Of a DNA stretch of 64,000 nt, positions 25,840-40,953 are shown in pieces. The notes beneath the pieces were generated by a model. It saw only the letters and a list, made by a program, of their open reading frames with translations. It was not told the DNA's origin and did not search any database. Every line of letters starts with the position of its first letter. Positions within the stretch are counted from its first letter, which is position 1. Source of the DNA: Octopus sinensis (Eukaryota); contig NC_043000.1 of NCBI RefSeq assembly GCF_006345805.1, positions 11,842,001-11,906,000 on the forward strand, in the 5' to 3' direction. The position numbers were made by a program, and so were the translations under genes.

Positions 25840-27018
25840 GAAAGGCTTCTTTCAATTTCTGTCTATCATATCCACTCACAAGGCTTTGGTTGGCCTGAGG
25901 CTATAGTAGAAGACACTTGTCCAAGGTGTTACACAATGGGACTGAATCTGGAACCATGCCTATGTATGTATATAATATAAGTAACATCTTATAGCTTCAT
26001 CACAACTCTGATGAAGCTATACAGTGTTATTTAGGCACTCAACTATGAGTCCACTGCATCTTATAGCAGAAACAGCTGTGAACCAATGTAGTTCATAACA
26101 TAATTGTGTATTCCTTTGTCATCTCTTTTCTCATCACCACTTTGCACTTGACTAATGCTTCATTCTGGAGCATATGTATATTGAGTTCTATATCAGGTAA
26201 TTAGTCTCATAATGGCTAAGTGAATGTGTGTGTGTGTGTGTAACATATATTTAATATCATTAGGTTAATAACCTCATAACTTGCATTTCAAAGCTCTGCC
26301 ATGGTTATCAGCTATCTTATGTCATCATACAACAGGAATGCTCCTTTTATAGAATATACATGTTAGTGCACAGAGAATTCATATCAAAATTTATAGAACA
26401 AGAAGATGGAATGATTAAAGCCTGTTCAGTCCAGTTTTATAAATTTTCATATGTGTCATCGCCATCATCATCATCATCACCATCATATAGCAGCTGTTTT
26501 CCATGGTGGCATGGGTTAGATGGTTTGATAGGAACTGGCAGGGTCAGGAGCCATACCAGGCTCTGTTTTGTCTGTTTCGGTATAGTTTCTACAGCTGTAT
26601 GCCCTTCCTAAGACCACTCCCTGTGCACAGTGTACCATGGGTACTTTTTATGTGGCACCAGCACCACCAGTGCCTTTAATGTGGTACCAACACCAGTGCT
26701 TTTTTGAGTGTTATGGAATGAAATGCATGTAGGTGGATGGGGGTTAGGGGTAGAGAGAAGACTGACTGGGCAGAGCCCCTCATAAACAAGCATTACCAAG
26801 GTGGTTTTAGGATAGTGATAGAAAATACATATATAGATACTATACATATGCTCAGGAGTGGCTGTGTAGTAAGAAGCTTGCTTCCCAACCAAATGGTTCC
26901 AGTTCAGTCCCACTGCATAGCACCTTGGGCAAGTGTTTTCTACTATAGTCTCAGGCCTTGTGAATGGATTTGTCCAACAGAAACTGAGAGAAACCCACTG
27001 TATATATATATATGTATA

Positions 27019-27080
<62 letters not shown>

Positions 27081-27081
27081 A

Positions 27082-27136
<55 letters not shown>

Positions 27137-27468
27137 TACTAATGATCAGCCATTTGTCAAATGGCTGATTGTTAGTAAGGAAAGACATACAAATAATAAG
27201 AAAGAGAAAGCAAAGGACCACTGATGGTCACAGAGGTGTGATGAAGAACTCTGGCCGAAATACGATTAATGTAAAAAATAAAATAAAGCTGAAGCAAATT
27301 AACACCAAATATATAGTGTGGTGTTTTTTATTGGCTAAACTGGCAACCAACTATCTCTAAATACACAATATATGTTTCAACACACGATTTCACATCAAGA
27401 ATCTTGCAAAAAAATATATAAATGTTAATATATATATATACATAATAAATATATATATATAATATATA

Positions 27469-27511
<43 letters not shown>

Positions 27512-27889
27512 TATATATATAAATATATATATGTATGTAATATATCTTTATATATATGTATGTATGTATTTGTGTGTTTGTCTTTGTCCCCCAACCATTG
27601 ATTGACAACTGTTGTTGGTGTGTGTTTACATCCCTGTACTTAGCAGCTTGGCAAAGAGTTAACCTGACAAAGAATAAGTCCTGGGGTCGATTGCTTGACT
27701 AAAGGCTCCAGCATGGCTGCAGTCAATGACTGAACAAATAGAACAATAAAAGAGTAAAAGAGTATAGATAAATACTATTTATATATATATATATATTATA
27801 TATATATATTATATATATATAGATAATATATAGATAAATGATGATGATGATGAAGATGATTACATATATATTGTATGTATGTGTGTTTA

Positions 27890-27932
<43 letters not shown>

Positions 27933-27939
27933 TATATCA

Positions 27940-28150
27940 TCATCATCATTTAACGTCCGTTTCCGCGCTAGCACGGGTTGGACGGTTTCGACCGGGGTCT
28001 GGGGAGCTCGGGACTGCCCCAGGCTCCAGTCTAGTATGGCAGTGTTTCTACAGCTGGATGCCCTTCCTAACGCCCAACCACTCTGCGAGTGTAGTGGGTG
28101 TTTTTTACGTGCCACCTGCACAGGTGCCAGAGGGGTCTGGCATCGGCCAT
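27940..28150 (-). mobile_element. Family C 3' fragment
   Basis: (CAT)n tail and TTTCTACAGCTGGATGCCCTTCC. Confidence 0.8.
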
Positions 28151-28160
28151 AAATAATCAT

Positions 28161-28345
28161 ATGACAACAAAAGAATGAATGAGACCTCGATATTATGTAA
28201 ATAGAGGAATTTATCTATAAATGTATAATATAGGACAATTAGTTGTCATAATAATACTCAGAGTTTCAGATGCCGGAGCTAAAGGACTAGTCTCAACATC
28301 TGAAACTCTGTGTATTATTATGACAACTAACTGATTGTCCTATAT
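28161..28345. mobile_element. Hairpin-bearing repeat, homologue at 12889-13060
   Basis: Shared leader GACAACAAAAGAATGAA(T/A)GAGACCTC followed by an inverted repeat. Confidence 0.6.
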
Positions 28346-28399
28346 ATATATATAAGAGACCAAAGTGTACATATGCCACTATATTTTTATATATAAAAA

Positions 28400-28830
28400 A
28401 TACAAAAATGGGACAAGAATGCAAAACATTCAAACAGTTAGGTGATACAAAAAGAGGACAACGAAACATCCAGACAGGCCAGTTTAATTTAATTCGTCCT
28501 TAGTCGAAAGACACCTGTTGTTATGTCCTGTTATTTGCATTTGTATTTGTGTAACATTTCCCCGTTTTTTTCCCGTCCTTGTTTTTGTATACATTCACTG
28601 CTTTCTTCCAAGGAATCTAATGCTCTTAGCTTAGTTTTTCCTTGGGCCTGGCCAGATTGGAGTAATCTCAAGTATAAGCAGCCAAAATGGCAAAGATAAT
28701 CTGGAACTCGACTGAGGAAGGAAAACTCTGAATGACCCGTCCTTGTTTTCTTTGTATCTTCTGTCTGGATGTTTTGTTGTCCTTTTTTTGTATCACCTGT
28801 TTTGCATTCTTGTCCCATTTTTTTGTTTCA
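28400..28830. mobile_element. Probable Penelope-like terminal fragment with an inverted partial copy of its end
   Basis: 28400-28475 is the reverse complement of 28761-28830; interior is homologous to 61090-61480. Confidence 0.5.
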
Positions 28831-29899
28831 TATATATATATATATACACGTCCTTATTTTCATGTCTGCAGACTCTTCCCACCTCCACCCTCATGGTCAT
28901 GTGGGATTGAATCTGAAACCATGTGACTGTGCCACTCTGTCACATCTGCATCACAGCCGTGCTTCTGCTACATAACCTTACCTGCTGTATATACATATAT
29001 ACATACATATATACACACACACATGCATACACACATACACAAATACCTGGTACTTTGTCATACTCAAGAAGATATGTACTCCACAGCACATAACTTGGTG
29101 AAGTGGATTGGCTTGCAAGTGTCCTGTGCCGATGCCATGTAAAAAGCACTTGTGCCGGTGCCACGTAAGAACGCTCATGCAGTGCCACATGAAAGTATCT
29201 GACACATTCTGTAAAGTGGTTGGCATCAGGAAAAGCATCCAGCCATAGAAACCATGCCAAATCAGACGATTGGAGCCAGAATGGAAAACGTGATTGCCAG
29301 CATCAAAAACGTGATGATGATGATGATGATGACGACGCCACCGATGATGATGATGACGATGACGAAACAACAATGATGATGATGACGGTGACGATGATGA
29401 CAATGATGGTGATGATGATGACGATGATGATGACAATGACGACGACGATGATGATGATGATGATGGTGACAACGATGATGATGATGGTGATGACGATTTA
29501 CACATACAAACACGTATTTTCCTTCAGTCTTTTATTGGTTTCTCTCAATAGGTCGTGGCCATGCTAGTAATCTGCCTTCAAAGGTTAAGTGGTGAAGTCG
29601 ATCCTGTCAACCCAGGGTTCCTTTTTTCAGCTTACTACTAATTTTATCAGTATTCATTTGTCAAACTGCACAGTCATGCCAAATAAATGGGCTCTAATTG
29701 CTTCTACCCCAGCTTTGTTTTAGACCAATTCATATAAATTCATAAACACCCACTCACATAGTCACACTAGCCCCACATGCACTCACACACACATATGCAT
29801 GTATGCATGTATGCATGTATGCGTGTATGCATGTATGCATGTATGCATGTATGTATGTATGTATGTATGTATGTATTGATGTATGTATGTTATGTTCAG

Positions 29900-30350
29900 G
29901 TCACTTTTGAGTGCTACTGGTAACATGTAACTCAGTACAACCTGTTGCATGGTCGGGTCGTCGGCGACTAAGCCGGCAACCCCACAAAGCTTGATTGGTG
30001 AGGGGGGTTTATTGGACACCCTGCAGGATGAAAAACAAACCTGTCAAAGGGCGGAGGAAATCTTGAGAGTCAACGGCCATCCAATAAATGTCTTAAGCTG
30101 TATCATGCGCGGGGACATAGAAATAATCGGACGGAAATACCGATCGCGCGGTTAAACCATGGGAGTGAAGGACTCCTAGCCTTTTGTTAGGGCATCCTTC
30201 TAGGAGAAGGTAACTCAGGTAACTGGGATATCTCCGACATAAAACCTGCGGATGGGTCTCATGGTTACCAATGATGTTGACTTGTTCTTCTTTTCGGATT
30301 ATGGCTTCTGTTGCTTAGTGAGTGGGATTGACTCAGTGCTCAGCCTTTCC
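29900..30350 (+). mobile_element. Possible RTE 5' UTR fragment
   Basis: AGGGCATCCTTCTAGGAGAAGGTAACTC resembles a motif I recall from RTE 5' UTRs; CpG-rich; not verified. Confidence 0.35.
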
Positions 30351-30619
30351 TCACTTTAAAAAAAATCTTCTTGCGCAGGCATTGCACAATAACAACATTG
30401 TTCATGATTGTTGATGGTGCTGTGAGTCTCAACTGAATGGCTGGCTGTAGCCTTAAAAAGCAAATAAAAGTCACATTCGATCTCAGCACCAACAGCAGTT
30501 AAGCTTTGTGCAATGGCCATACTTGATAACGAGGGGGCAGCCATCATGTATGTATGTATGAATATATGTATGTATGTTTGTTTGTATGTATTTATATATG
30601 TATGTATGTGTGTACATAT

Positions 30620-30990
30620 ACTCTTTTACACTTTTACTTGTTTCACTCAGTTGACTGTGGCCATGCTTGAGCACTGCCTTTGGTTGAGCAAATCGACCCC
30701 AGGACTTATTTTTTGTAAGACTAGCACTTATTATATCTGTCTTTTTTGCTGAACTGCTAAGTTACGGGGACGTAAACACACCAGCATCGGTTGTCAAGCG
30801 ATGTTGGGGGAACAAACAAAGAGACACAAACACACACACATACACACATATTCATATATACAACGGGCTTCTTTCAGTTTCCGTCCACCAAATCCACTCA
30901 CAAGGCTTTGGTCGGCCCAAGGTGCCACGCAGTGGGACTGAACCTGGAACCGTGTTGTTGGTAAGCAAGCTACTTACCACACAGCCAAAG
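30620..30990 (-). mobile_element. SINE family A
   Basis: Consensus match with an internal deletion. Confidence 0.8.
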
Positions 30991-31255
30991 AGTGTATGTA
31001 TGTATGCATGCTTATGTGCTAGTATTTCAGCTTGTGTGTATATATGTGTATGCATGTGGTGTCTGTGGGTGCTTGTGTGTGTATATGTGTGTGTTCTGTA
31101 ATTAGTTGGAGGAAGACAGAAAGGATGAGAGCGGGAGAGAGAGAGAGAATGAGGGAGGGGAAAAGAAAGAACGTGAGAAAAGACAGATTTTCTGTGGATT
31201 GAAAGCTGTAAACACACCATACACATATACTACAGAATTCTTAAATGCATGCACA

Positions 31256-31295
<40 letters not shown>

Positions 31296-31351
31296 CTGCA
31301 CACATTAAAGGTGCAGACATCATCTCTCTATCTATCTCTTTGTCTGTCTGC

Positions 31352-31397
<46 letters not shown>

Positions 31398-31474
31398 GTC
31401 TGTCTGTCTGTATGTCTGTCTGTCTGTCTGTCTGTCTGTCTGCCTATCTATCTATGTATCTGTCTATGTATGTG

Positions 31475-31506
<32 letters not shown>

Positions 31507-31623
31507 TGTATGTATGTATCTATCTATCTATCTATCTATACATACATATATACATACACACATGAACAAACACATACACACACACATATATATATATGCA
31601 TACATACGTTTACATATACATAC

Positions 31624-31696
<73 letters not shown>

Positions 31697-31959
31697 ACAC
31701 ATACATATGTATGTATATATTTGTATGTGTCTGTGTATTTGTGTGTGTGCATGTGTGTGCATGTGTGTGCATGTTTATATATATATATATATATATATAC
31801 TTAAATACATACACACATGCACATACATGCATGTACACACATGTACACGCAGTTAATTAGGCCATGTTCTTCCATGGTGGGTGTATATAACTCCTATAAA
31901 GCAAATAAATGAACAACTGCTTGTTTTGCATCCTTTATAGAAGTTGTGGGTGATGAGTA

Positions 31960-33130
31960 GGGTGAAGGGCAGGGCGAGAAAGGAGGTGGAGGAGGAGGAA
32001 GAAAAAGAAGGAGGAGAAGGAGAGGAAGAATATGATGATGATGATGGTGATGATGATGATGGTGATGATGATGATGATGATGGTGATGATTAATGATGAT
32101 GACGATGGTAATGACGATGGACAAGAAGAAGGACAAATGGAAGGAGAGGAGAAGGAGGAAAATAAAGAAAGAAGAAAGATGTGATGAAAAGAAAGAAGAG
32201 GAGAGCGAGAAGGTAAAGAAGGAAAAATAGAAGGGGAAAGATGATGATGATGATGATGAAGAAGAAGAAGAAGAAGAAGAAGAAGAAGAAGAAGAAGAAG
32301 AACTACAGGAAGAAGAAAATGAAGATAAAAATGAAGGAAAAATAGAAAGGGAAAGATGATGATGATGATGAAGAAGAAGAAGAAGAAGAAGAAGAAGAAG
32401 AAGAAGAAGAAGAAGAAGAAGAAGAAGAAGAAGAAGAACTACAGGAAGAAGAAAATGAAGATAAAAAGAAAGTGAAAAAGAAAAAATACAAAGCAGAAAG
32501 AGGAAGAGAAAGAGAAAGGAAAAGATGATGATGAAAAGGAGTGGAAGAAGAGGAAAAAAGAGGAAAAAAGGAGGAAAAAGATAAGATGAAAGAGAAGGAA
32601 AAGAAAAAGGAAGTAGGAGAAGAAAAATTAGAAGCAGATGAAGAAAGAAGTGACTGTAGAAGAGTGAAGAAGCAAGCAGTAAGACAGTGAGAGGAGAAGA
32701 GTTATGGTGAGTGACGATGTGTGATGATGTAACTAGAGAAGAGTGAAAAGGGAGTTAAGATTGACTGAAGTGTGAAGAAGACTGGTGGTGATTGAAGAAG
32801 ATTGATGGAAAAGAAAGTGGAGATTGAAGATGATTGATGAAGATGAGTGAAGAGAGATGGTGAATGATGAAATGAAGGAAAAAAAAGGCGGCAGTTGAAG
32901 AAAAGAAAGAAGAAAACGAAGAGCGGGGAGGAGGGGAGAAGGAAAAAGAAGAAGGAGAAGGATTGTGGAAGAAGAAAAAGAAGAACAAAGAGTGAAGTTG
33001 AATGAAAAATGAAGGAAAAGAGAAATAGAAGAGAGAAGAAGTAGAGTAGAAAATAGAAAAAGAGGAAGATAAGAAGGAATGGCAAAGAAGAAGAAGAAGA
33101 AGAAGAAGAAAATGAAGAAAACTGAAGATG
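31960..33130 (+). repeat. ~1.2-kb purine-rich (GAA/GAG/GAT)n tract
   Basis: Includes a ~120-bp duplication (32229-32330 and 32347-32467). Confidence 0.9.
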
Positions 33131-33229
33131 CAGACGACCACACATTTACACACACGTGCATCATCTGAGTATGTCTGCCATTTTCCCTTCCTAGTCTTCT
33201 AGTTCCTTCTTTTGTACTCCGTTGCCACA

Positions 33230-33829
33230 ACCATACCTACACCAGCACCACAGCCATCGCTACCACTGCCACTGCCGTTGCCGCTGCCGCTATTGCTGCT
33301 GCTGTTGCCGTCACCGCCACCATCACAACCACCACCACCACCACCACCACCACCACCACCACCACCAGTACCATCACCATCACCACCATCGCAATCACTA
33401 CCATAATCACCATAGCAAATGTTATCGCCACCGACACCACCACCACCACCACTACTACCACCATCACCGTCACCACCGCCACCACCACTACTACCACCAC
33501 CACCCCACCTCCACCACCACTACTACCACCACCACCATCACCACCACCACCAATACCACCATCACACATCATCACCCCCTCACCATCACCACCGCCACCA
33601 CCATCACCACCACCATCACACCACCGACCACCCCATCACACCACCACCATACTACTACCACCATCACTGTCACCACTGCCACCGCCACCAACCACCACCA
33701 CCATCACCACCACCACCACCCACCACCATCACCCAGCACCACCATCACCATCCCCACCACACACCACCACCCATCACTGTCACCACTGCCACCGCCACCA
33801 CCACCACCGCCATCACCACCACCACCAGC

Positions 33830-33860
<31 letters not shown>

Positions 33861-34102
33861 CCACCACCACCACTGCTTGTTCCAACATGACATCGACATC
33901 ACGCCTCTGCCACCATCAATGATATAAGCATTTACCATTGCTGCTACTACTACTACTATTACTGTCAGCTATAGCAGCAGCAGCAGCAGTGGTAGTAGTA
34001 GTCGTAGTAGTCGTAGTAGTAGTAGTAATAGTAGAGAAACCAGTCTCCACTACTGCCCGCACCACAGCCATCACTGCAGTAGCTGCTGGCACCAACACCA
34101 CC

Positions 34103-34133
<31 letters not shown>

Positions 34134-34710
34134 CCACCACTGCCACCACTATCACCCTATCACCCTATCACCACCACCACCACCACTATCACCCCCTCCA
34201 CCACCACCATTGCCACCACTGTCAACTCTACCTCCCCCCCCCGAACACCGCCGCTGCTGCCGCCACCACCACCACCATCTTCAATGGCATCACCGCCACC
34301 GACGCCACCATTGCGATGGCCAGCCAGCGCCATCTACACTAGTTTCCCCTCCCCTCCCCCACCACATCAACACCCTTCTCCCCCCCATCCCCGTCCCCAC
34401 CTGCAGCATCGTTCCCATTGCTATAGCTACCAAACAGCATCAGAAACACACACACACACACACATTTAGCTTCACCACCACCACCGCCGCCACCGACGCC
34501 GCCTCTACCATCACGACCATCACCCACACTACCACCAGCACCATCACCATCACCTTCACCGTCATTACCACTGCTAAACACCCATACATCACTTTAGTAT
34601 AACTGCCAACCGTAACTGCTGCCGCCGCTGCCACCATCGCCACCGGCACCACCACCGGCACCACCACCGGCACCACCACCGGCACCACCATCATCAACAT
34701 CGACAACCAT

Positions 34711-34741
<31 letters not shown>

Positions 34742-36200
34742 GGAATGTTATCTACAGCATCATCTCCACCTTAGGTATCATCACTAACACCACCATCACC
34801 ACCACCACCACCAACAGTACCATCACTGCCACCACCACCACCACCACCACCACCACCACCACCACCACCACCACCACTACCACCACCACCACCAGCACAA
34901 CCACCAGCACAACCACCACCACCACCACCAGTACCATCACGACGACCAACACCACCACCACTATCACCACCACCAGTACCATCACCATCACCACCATCGC
35001 AACCACTACCATAATCATCACAACCACCACCACCAGCATCACCACCACCAATACTACCACCATCATTACCAGTATCGTTACCATTACCATCACCACCACC
35101 ACCACCACCACCACCATCGCTACCATCGCCATCACTTATACTGCAACCGTTGCTATCACCAGTACAGCTATGACCATCACCCCTACTAACATCATCATCA
35201 TCATCCCCATCATCACCATCTTCAGCAACAACAACTACAACAACATCAAATATGCGATACCATTACGTTACCACTCGCCTTATACAATCATTTATCGTTG
35301 TACCATCGCTACCATCAGCAACGACAACAATAAGAACACCAGTCACCGCTGTCACCTATACCGTTAATGCAACTTACCTATAAGAGTGCCAGCATTGCAA
35401 ACGGCACTAATACCACTGTTGCGACCACCACCACTGTATCATCACCACCTCAACCATCATTGCTATGATCACCATCACCACCACAACCACCACTACCACC
35501 ATCGCCACCACAATCACTAACACCATCACCACTTCTACTACCACCGAAACAACCACTACCCCTACCATAACTACTACAGCCACCATCACTATCATCACCA
35601 CCACCAACACCGCCACCACCATCACTAACACCATCACCACTTCTACTACCACCAAAACAACCACTACCCCTACCATAACTACTACAGCCACCATCACTAT
35701 CATCACCACCACCAACACCGCCACCACCATCACTAACACCATCACCACTTCTACTACCACCAAAACAACCACCACCACTACCATAACTACTACAGCCACT
35801 ATCACTATCATATCCACCACCACCACCACCAACACCAACACCCCCACCCCCACCATCGCCACCACCATCACAAACACCATCACCACTTCTACTACCACCA
35901 GAACCACTATCATCACTACCACTACCACCATCTCTACACCATCACTGCCAACAGTACTATAACCAAAGCCACCATCACAATGTCGCATCTACCACCACCT
36001 ATACCACATCATCCTTTCCACAATCACCACCACAACCATCGCCACTTTCACCAGTACATCCACCATCACCAACACTACCACCATCACTACCACCAACACC
36101 AGCACCACCACTATCACCATCATCTCCACCACCCTTACCTACACCATCACCAACAATGGACCACCCCTGCCACCACCACCACCACCACTACCACCGCTGC
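33230..36200 (+). repeat. ~3-kb (CAC/CAT/TAC)n tract with a 108-bp higher-order repeat
   Basis: ATCACTAACACCATCACCACTTCTACTACC recurs at 35513, 35621 and 35729. Confidence 0.9.
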
Positions 36201-36370
36201 TGACAACTTCAACAGAGGAGTCTATATGTGGTCATTTGACCTACATGACATGGCAACCAAATCTCCCTCAAATCACACACTGCTGTCTTTGATAAAAATA
36301 AAAGGACGCATTCGAAAATGCTGCCTTTCTCATACACACGCACACATACACACATACACACACACACGCA

Positions 36371-36425
<55 letters not shown>

Positions 36426-36428
36426 ATA

Positions 36429-36463
<35 letters not shown>

Positions 36464-36482
36464 ACATACATATATATACATA

Positions 36483-36522
<40 letters not shown>

Positions 36523-36591
36523 TATATATATATATATGTATGTATATATATATATGTGTGCGTGTGAATATACATATAATTATATGTACAT

Positions 36592-36626
<35 letters not shown>

Positions 36627-37360
36627 ATATATATATATACATACATACATGTACATATATATATATACACACACACACACATATATATGTGTGTATATAT
36701 ATATATATATATACATACAATATACATATATGAAACGGATGAGATGGTCATGGCTGGAATGCTTTTTGTTATAGGTTTTATAGAACGGCACCAGACTTGG
36801 AGCTAAACCACAACAGCAGCAACAACACTAAACATTAACAAGAAAACCACTGTCAATACCGTCACCCTCACCATCGGCGCCATCAATACCCCTCTACCAT
36901 TATCCTCATCACCACTATCACCTGAACACTCTGACCAATGTGACTAACATCACCACCGCCAGCCACAACCACCACAACCACCGCCACCGCCGCCAACACA
37001 AGCCACAATAACAACGACTACAACAGCAACAACAACAATACCTCGAGCCACACCACAGCAGCAACAACAACAACAACAACAACAACAGCAACAACAACAG
37101 CAATGGCAAAAACAAGAGAAAAATCAATTAAGAGACTGCCAGTATTCCTCCTTGTTCCCTGGTTCCAGAATCTTCCACAGAGAAGTGCAGGAGATGGTAA
37201 TTAGCTATACACTGCCGAACCTCTGTACACCCACTTACCTATGTATGTATCCACGTATGTATGTGTGCATGTATGTAGGTAGGTATGTGTGTGTGTGTAT
37301 GCATGTATGTGCATGTATTTCTGTATGTGTGTGTATATATATGTATATATATGTGTGTAC

Positions 37361-37430
<70 letters not shown>

Positions 37431-37445
37431 ATTTGTGTATATGCA

Positions 37446-37494
<49 letters not shown>

Positions 37495-37639
37495 ATTTGT
37501 GTATATGCATATATGTATATATATATATTATGTATGTATATATGAATGTATGTATGTACATACTATATGTATGTGTGTGTATATGTACATGTATATTTGT
37601 GTGTCTATACATATCTATCTGTCTATCTATCTATCTATA

Positions 37640-37721
<82 letters not shown>

Positions 37722-38174
37722 TAGATAGATAGATAGATAGATAGATAGACAGAGACAGATAGATATATAGGTTGATTAATGGATAGATAGATAGATAGAT
37801 TCATATATATATACAGGCAAATTACACACACACACACATGTTTGTATATGTGTGTGACCAAGTCTGTGCGTGTATATAGTGTAAGCATGTACATCTATTC
37901 CTCAAACTCTCACATCTGTCTTTCTCTATCTATACACACCCCACACACATATATATCCACATACAGATTATATATTTAATCATATGTACATATGTGTTTT
38001 CATGTCTGATTTTTCCATAATGGTGTCATTAGTTTGATGGGATGGGGGGTTGCAAGGTACATTCGACCTCAGCAGATCTTGAACCCAGTGCACAGAGAGA
38101 GCTGGAGCTAATACAGCAGCACATTGCACCTGATGTTCTAACAACTCTGCCAATTTACCATCTCAAACACATAC

Positions 38175-38575
38175 TCTTTTACTCCCTTCTGTCATGTGAC
38201 TGTGGCCATGCTGGAGCACTGCCCTTAGTCAAACAAATCGACCCCAGGACTTACTCTTACTAGTACTTATTCTATCGGTCTCTTTTGCCGAACAGCTAAG
38301 TTAAGGGGATGTAAACACACCAGCATCGGTTGTCAAGCGATGCTGGGAGGAGAGTGACAAACACAGACACACAAGCACACACACACATATATATATACAT
38401 ATACATCTATATGACGGGCTTCTTTCAGTTTCCATCTACCAAATCCACTCATAAGGCTTTGGTCAGCCTGAGGCTATAGTAGAAGACACTTGCCCGAGGT
38501 GCCATGCAGTGGGACTGAACTTGGAACCATATGGTTGGTAAGCAAGCTACTTACCACACAGCCACTCCTGCGCCT
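38175..38575 (-). mobile_element. SINE family A, full length
   Basis: Consensus match; a degraded second copy follows at 38620-38950. Confidence 0.85.
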
Positions 38576-39284
38576 ATATATAGATGTAAATATATATATA
38601 TACATATGTATATATATTCTTCTATTCTTTTACTTGTTTCAGTCATTTGACTGTGGCCATGCTGGGGCTTATTCTTTGTAAGCCTAGTACTTATTCTGTC
38701 GGTCTCTTTTGCCCAAGTAACAGCGACATAAACAAACCAACATCAGTTGTCAGGCAATGGTGGGGGTCAAACATAGGCACAATGACACATACACACACAC
38801 ACATATATATACATAAATACGACGGGCTTCTTTCAGTTTCCCTCTACCAAATCCACTCACAAATCTTTAAGTCTGCCCGAGGTTACAGTAGAAGACACTT
38901 GCCCAAGGTTTCACACAAGGGAAAGCAAGCTTTTTACCACACAGCCAGGCCTGTATATACTCTTCCTCCCTCTCCCCTCCTCCTCCTCATCATCATCATC
39001 ATCACCACCACCATCATCATCATTTAACGTCCATTTTACATGCTGGCATGGGTTGGATGGTTTGATAGGAGCTACCAGCACCAGGCTCTACTTGTCTGTT
39101 TTTGGCATGGTTTCTATGACCTGATGCCCTTCCTAATGCTGACCACTTAACAGAGTGTACTGGGCACTTTCATACAGCACTGGCATGTATGTGCTTACAT
39201 GGCACCTGTACAGATATAATCTATGTGGATTCAGTACCTATGTGCTCACAGAATTAGGAACTCTCAGCTAGACATAGGCACACA

Positions 39285-39374
<90 letters not shown>

Positions 39375-39556
39375 CAGATATCTACCAAATATGAGCATGG
39401 CTGAGTGGTAAGATGTTTCCTTTCCAACCAAATGGTTCCGGGTTCAATCCCAATGTATATTGTAATATAGCTGCAGGGTAGCCAAAGCCTTTTGAGTGGA
39501 TTTGCTAGACAGAAACTGAAAGAATCCTGTTGCATGTGTGTGTGTGTGTGTGCGTG

Positions 39557-39602
<46 letters not shown>

Positions 39603-39835
39603 TGTGTGTGTGTGGGGGGCCATCTAAAAAGAACTGGTGCTGGCGTCACATGAAAAGCACTGGTGATGGTGCCACGTAAAAGGCACCCACTGCACTGTGT
39701 AAAGTGGTTGGCATTAGGGAGAGCATCCAGCTGTAGAAACCAAGCCAAGACAGACTATGGAACCTGGTGTGGGTTTTAGCCTTGCCAGTTCGTTTCAAGC
39801 CATACAACCCATGCTAGGATGTAAAACATATGTTA

Positions 39836-39871
<36 letters not shown>

Positions 39872-40010
39872 TATGCATTATGTATATGTGTGTGTGTGTG
39901 TGTCTTCGTTTTGACATCATATAATGGTTGTAAATAAGTTTCACTGTCACACAAGCAGTGTCATTTATTTCCAATATTCTACAAGAAAATGTCTGGCCAA
40001 AGAGAAACAT

Positions 40011-40325
40011 TGTGGAGGTGCAATGGCCCAGTGGTTTTGGCAGCAGACTCGCGGTTGGAGGATCGCGGCTTCGATCCCCAGACCGGGCGTTGTGTGTGTT
40101 TATTGAACGCAAACACCTAAAGCTCCACGAGGCTCCGGTAGGGGGTGGTGGCGACCCCTGTTGTACTCTTTCACCCCGACTTTCTCTCACTCTTTCTTCC
40201 TGTTTCTTGGGTAACGCTACGATGGACTGGTGTCCCATCCAGCTGGGAGGGGGGGGATGCATATGCCACAGAAATCAGGAAACTGGTCCCATGAGCCTGG
40301 CTAGGCTTGAAAAGGGTGCGTAAAT
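40011..40325 (+). mobile_element. SINE, D-type head/middle + tail 2
   Basis: GGAGGTGCAATGGCCCAGTGG head; tail homologous to 6030-6130. Confidence 0.8.
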
Positions 40326-40709
40326 AAATAATAAAGAGAAACATTACCTTACGTGGAAACAGGTGAGGTTTGGTGACAGGAAAGAGCATCCAGCCAGAGC
40401 AAGTCTACCTCAATAACCTCTGTCTGACACCCAGGGTGAAAGATGCGGATTTAATATGATAGTAATATACATATGTATGTGTATTTCTATCTATCTATCT
40501 ATCTATCTAAAGCTCCACGAGGCTCCGGCAGGGGCTGGTGGCGATCCCTGCTGTAACCTTTCACCACAACTTTCTCTCACTCTTTCTTCTGTTGGCCTAC
40601 TCGCTTAGCCAGCAGGGTGGTGTCATTTGAAGGCTAAAACAATGCGAAGCGCATTGTGACCAGCGATGTGTAGCAACACCTGATAGCCTGGTTGGTCACT
40701 GTGATCACG

Positions 40710-40743
<34 letters not shown>

Positions 40744-40748
40744 CACAC

Positions 40749-40953
40749 ACAAAATTAAGAGGAATGACCATTAAAGTGGACACCTAATATGCTAAACATA
40801 GCCATCAAATTGCCATTACCACAAAGAATGTGCTCTCAAGAAAATACTCAGCAGATTTTTTCTTGAGAGCACAATCTTCATGGTAATGCCAATTTGATGA
40901 CTATGTTTAGCATATTAGGTGTCCACTTTAGTGGTCATTCCTCTTAATTTTGT
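40749..40953. mobile_element. Fold-back element (second copy), ~95-bp arms
   Basis: Homologous to 19642-19817; the same adjacent flank is present in reverse orientation at 40955-41045. Confidence 0.85.

Noticed and set aside
30150-30230. Possible HDV-like ribozyme in the putative RTE 5' UTR
   Set aside because: I could not assemble the P1/P1.1/P3 pseudoknot; only simple hairpins are present.
33212-36429. His/Pro/Thr/Val-rich ORFs, including a mucin-like Thr-rich frame
   Set aside because: They are open in several frames on both strands because the triplet repeats lack stops; no domain or convincing splice context.
37150-37200. Possible 28-nt exon (pyrimidine tract-CAG ... ATG|GTAATT)
   Set aside because: The splice signals are plausible but the peptide is unrecognisable and no partner exons were found; RNA-seq would be needed.
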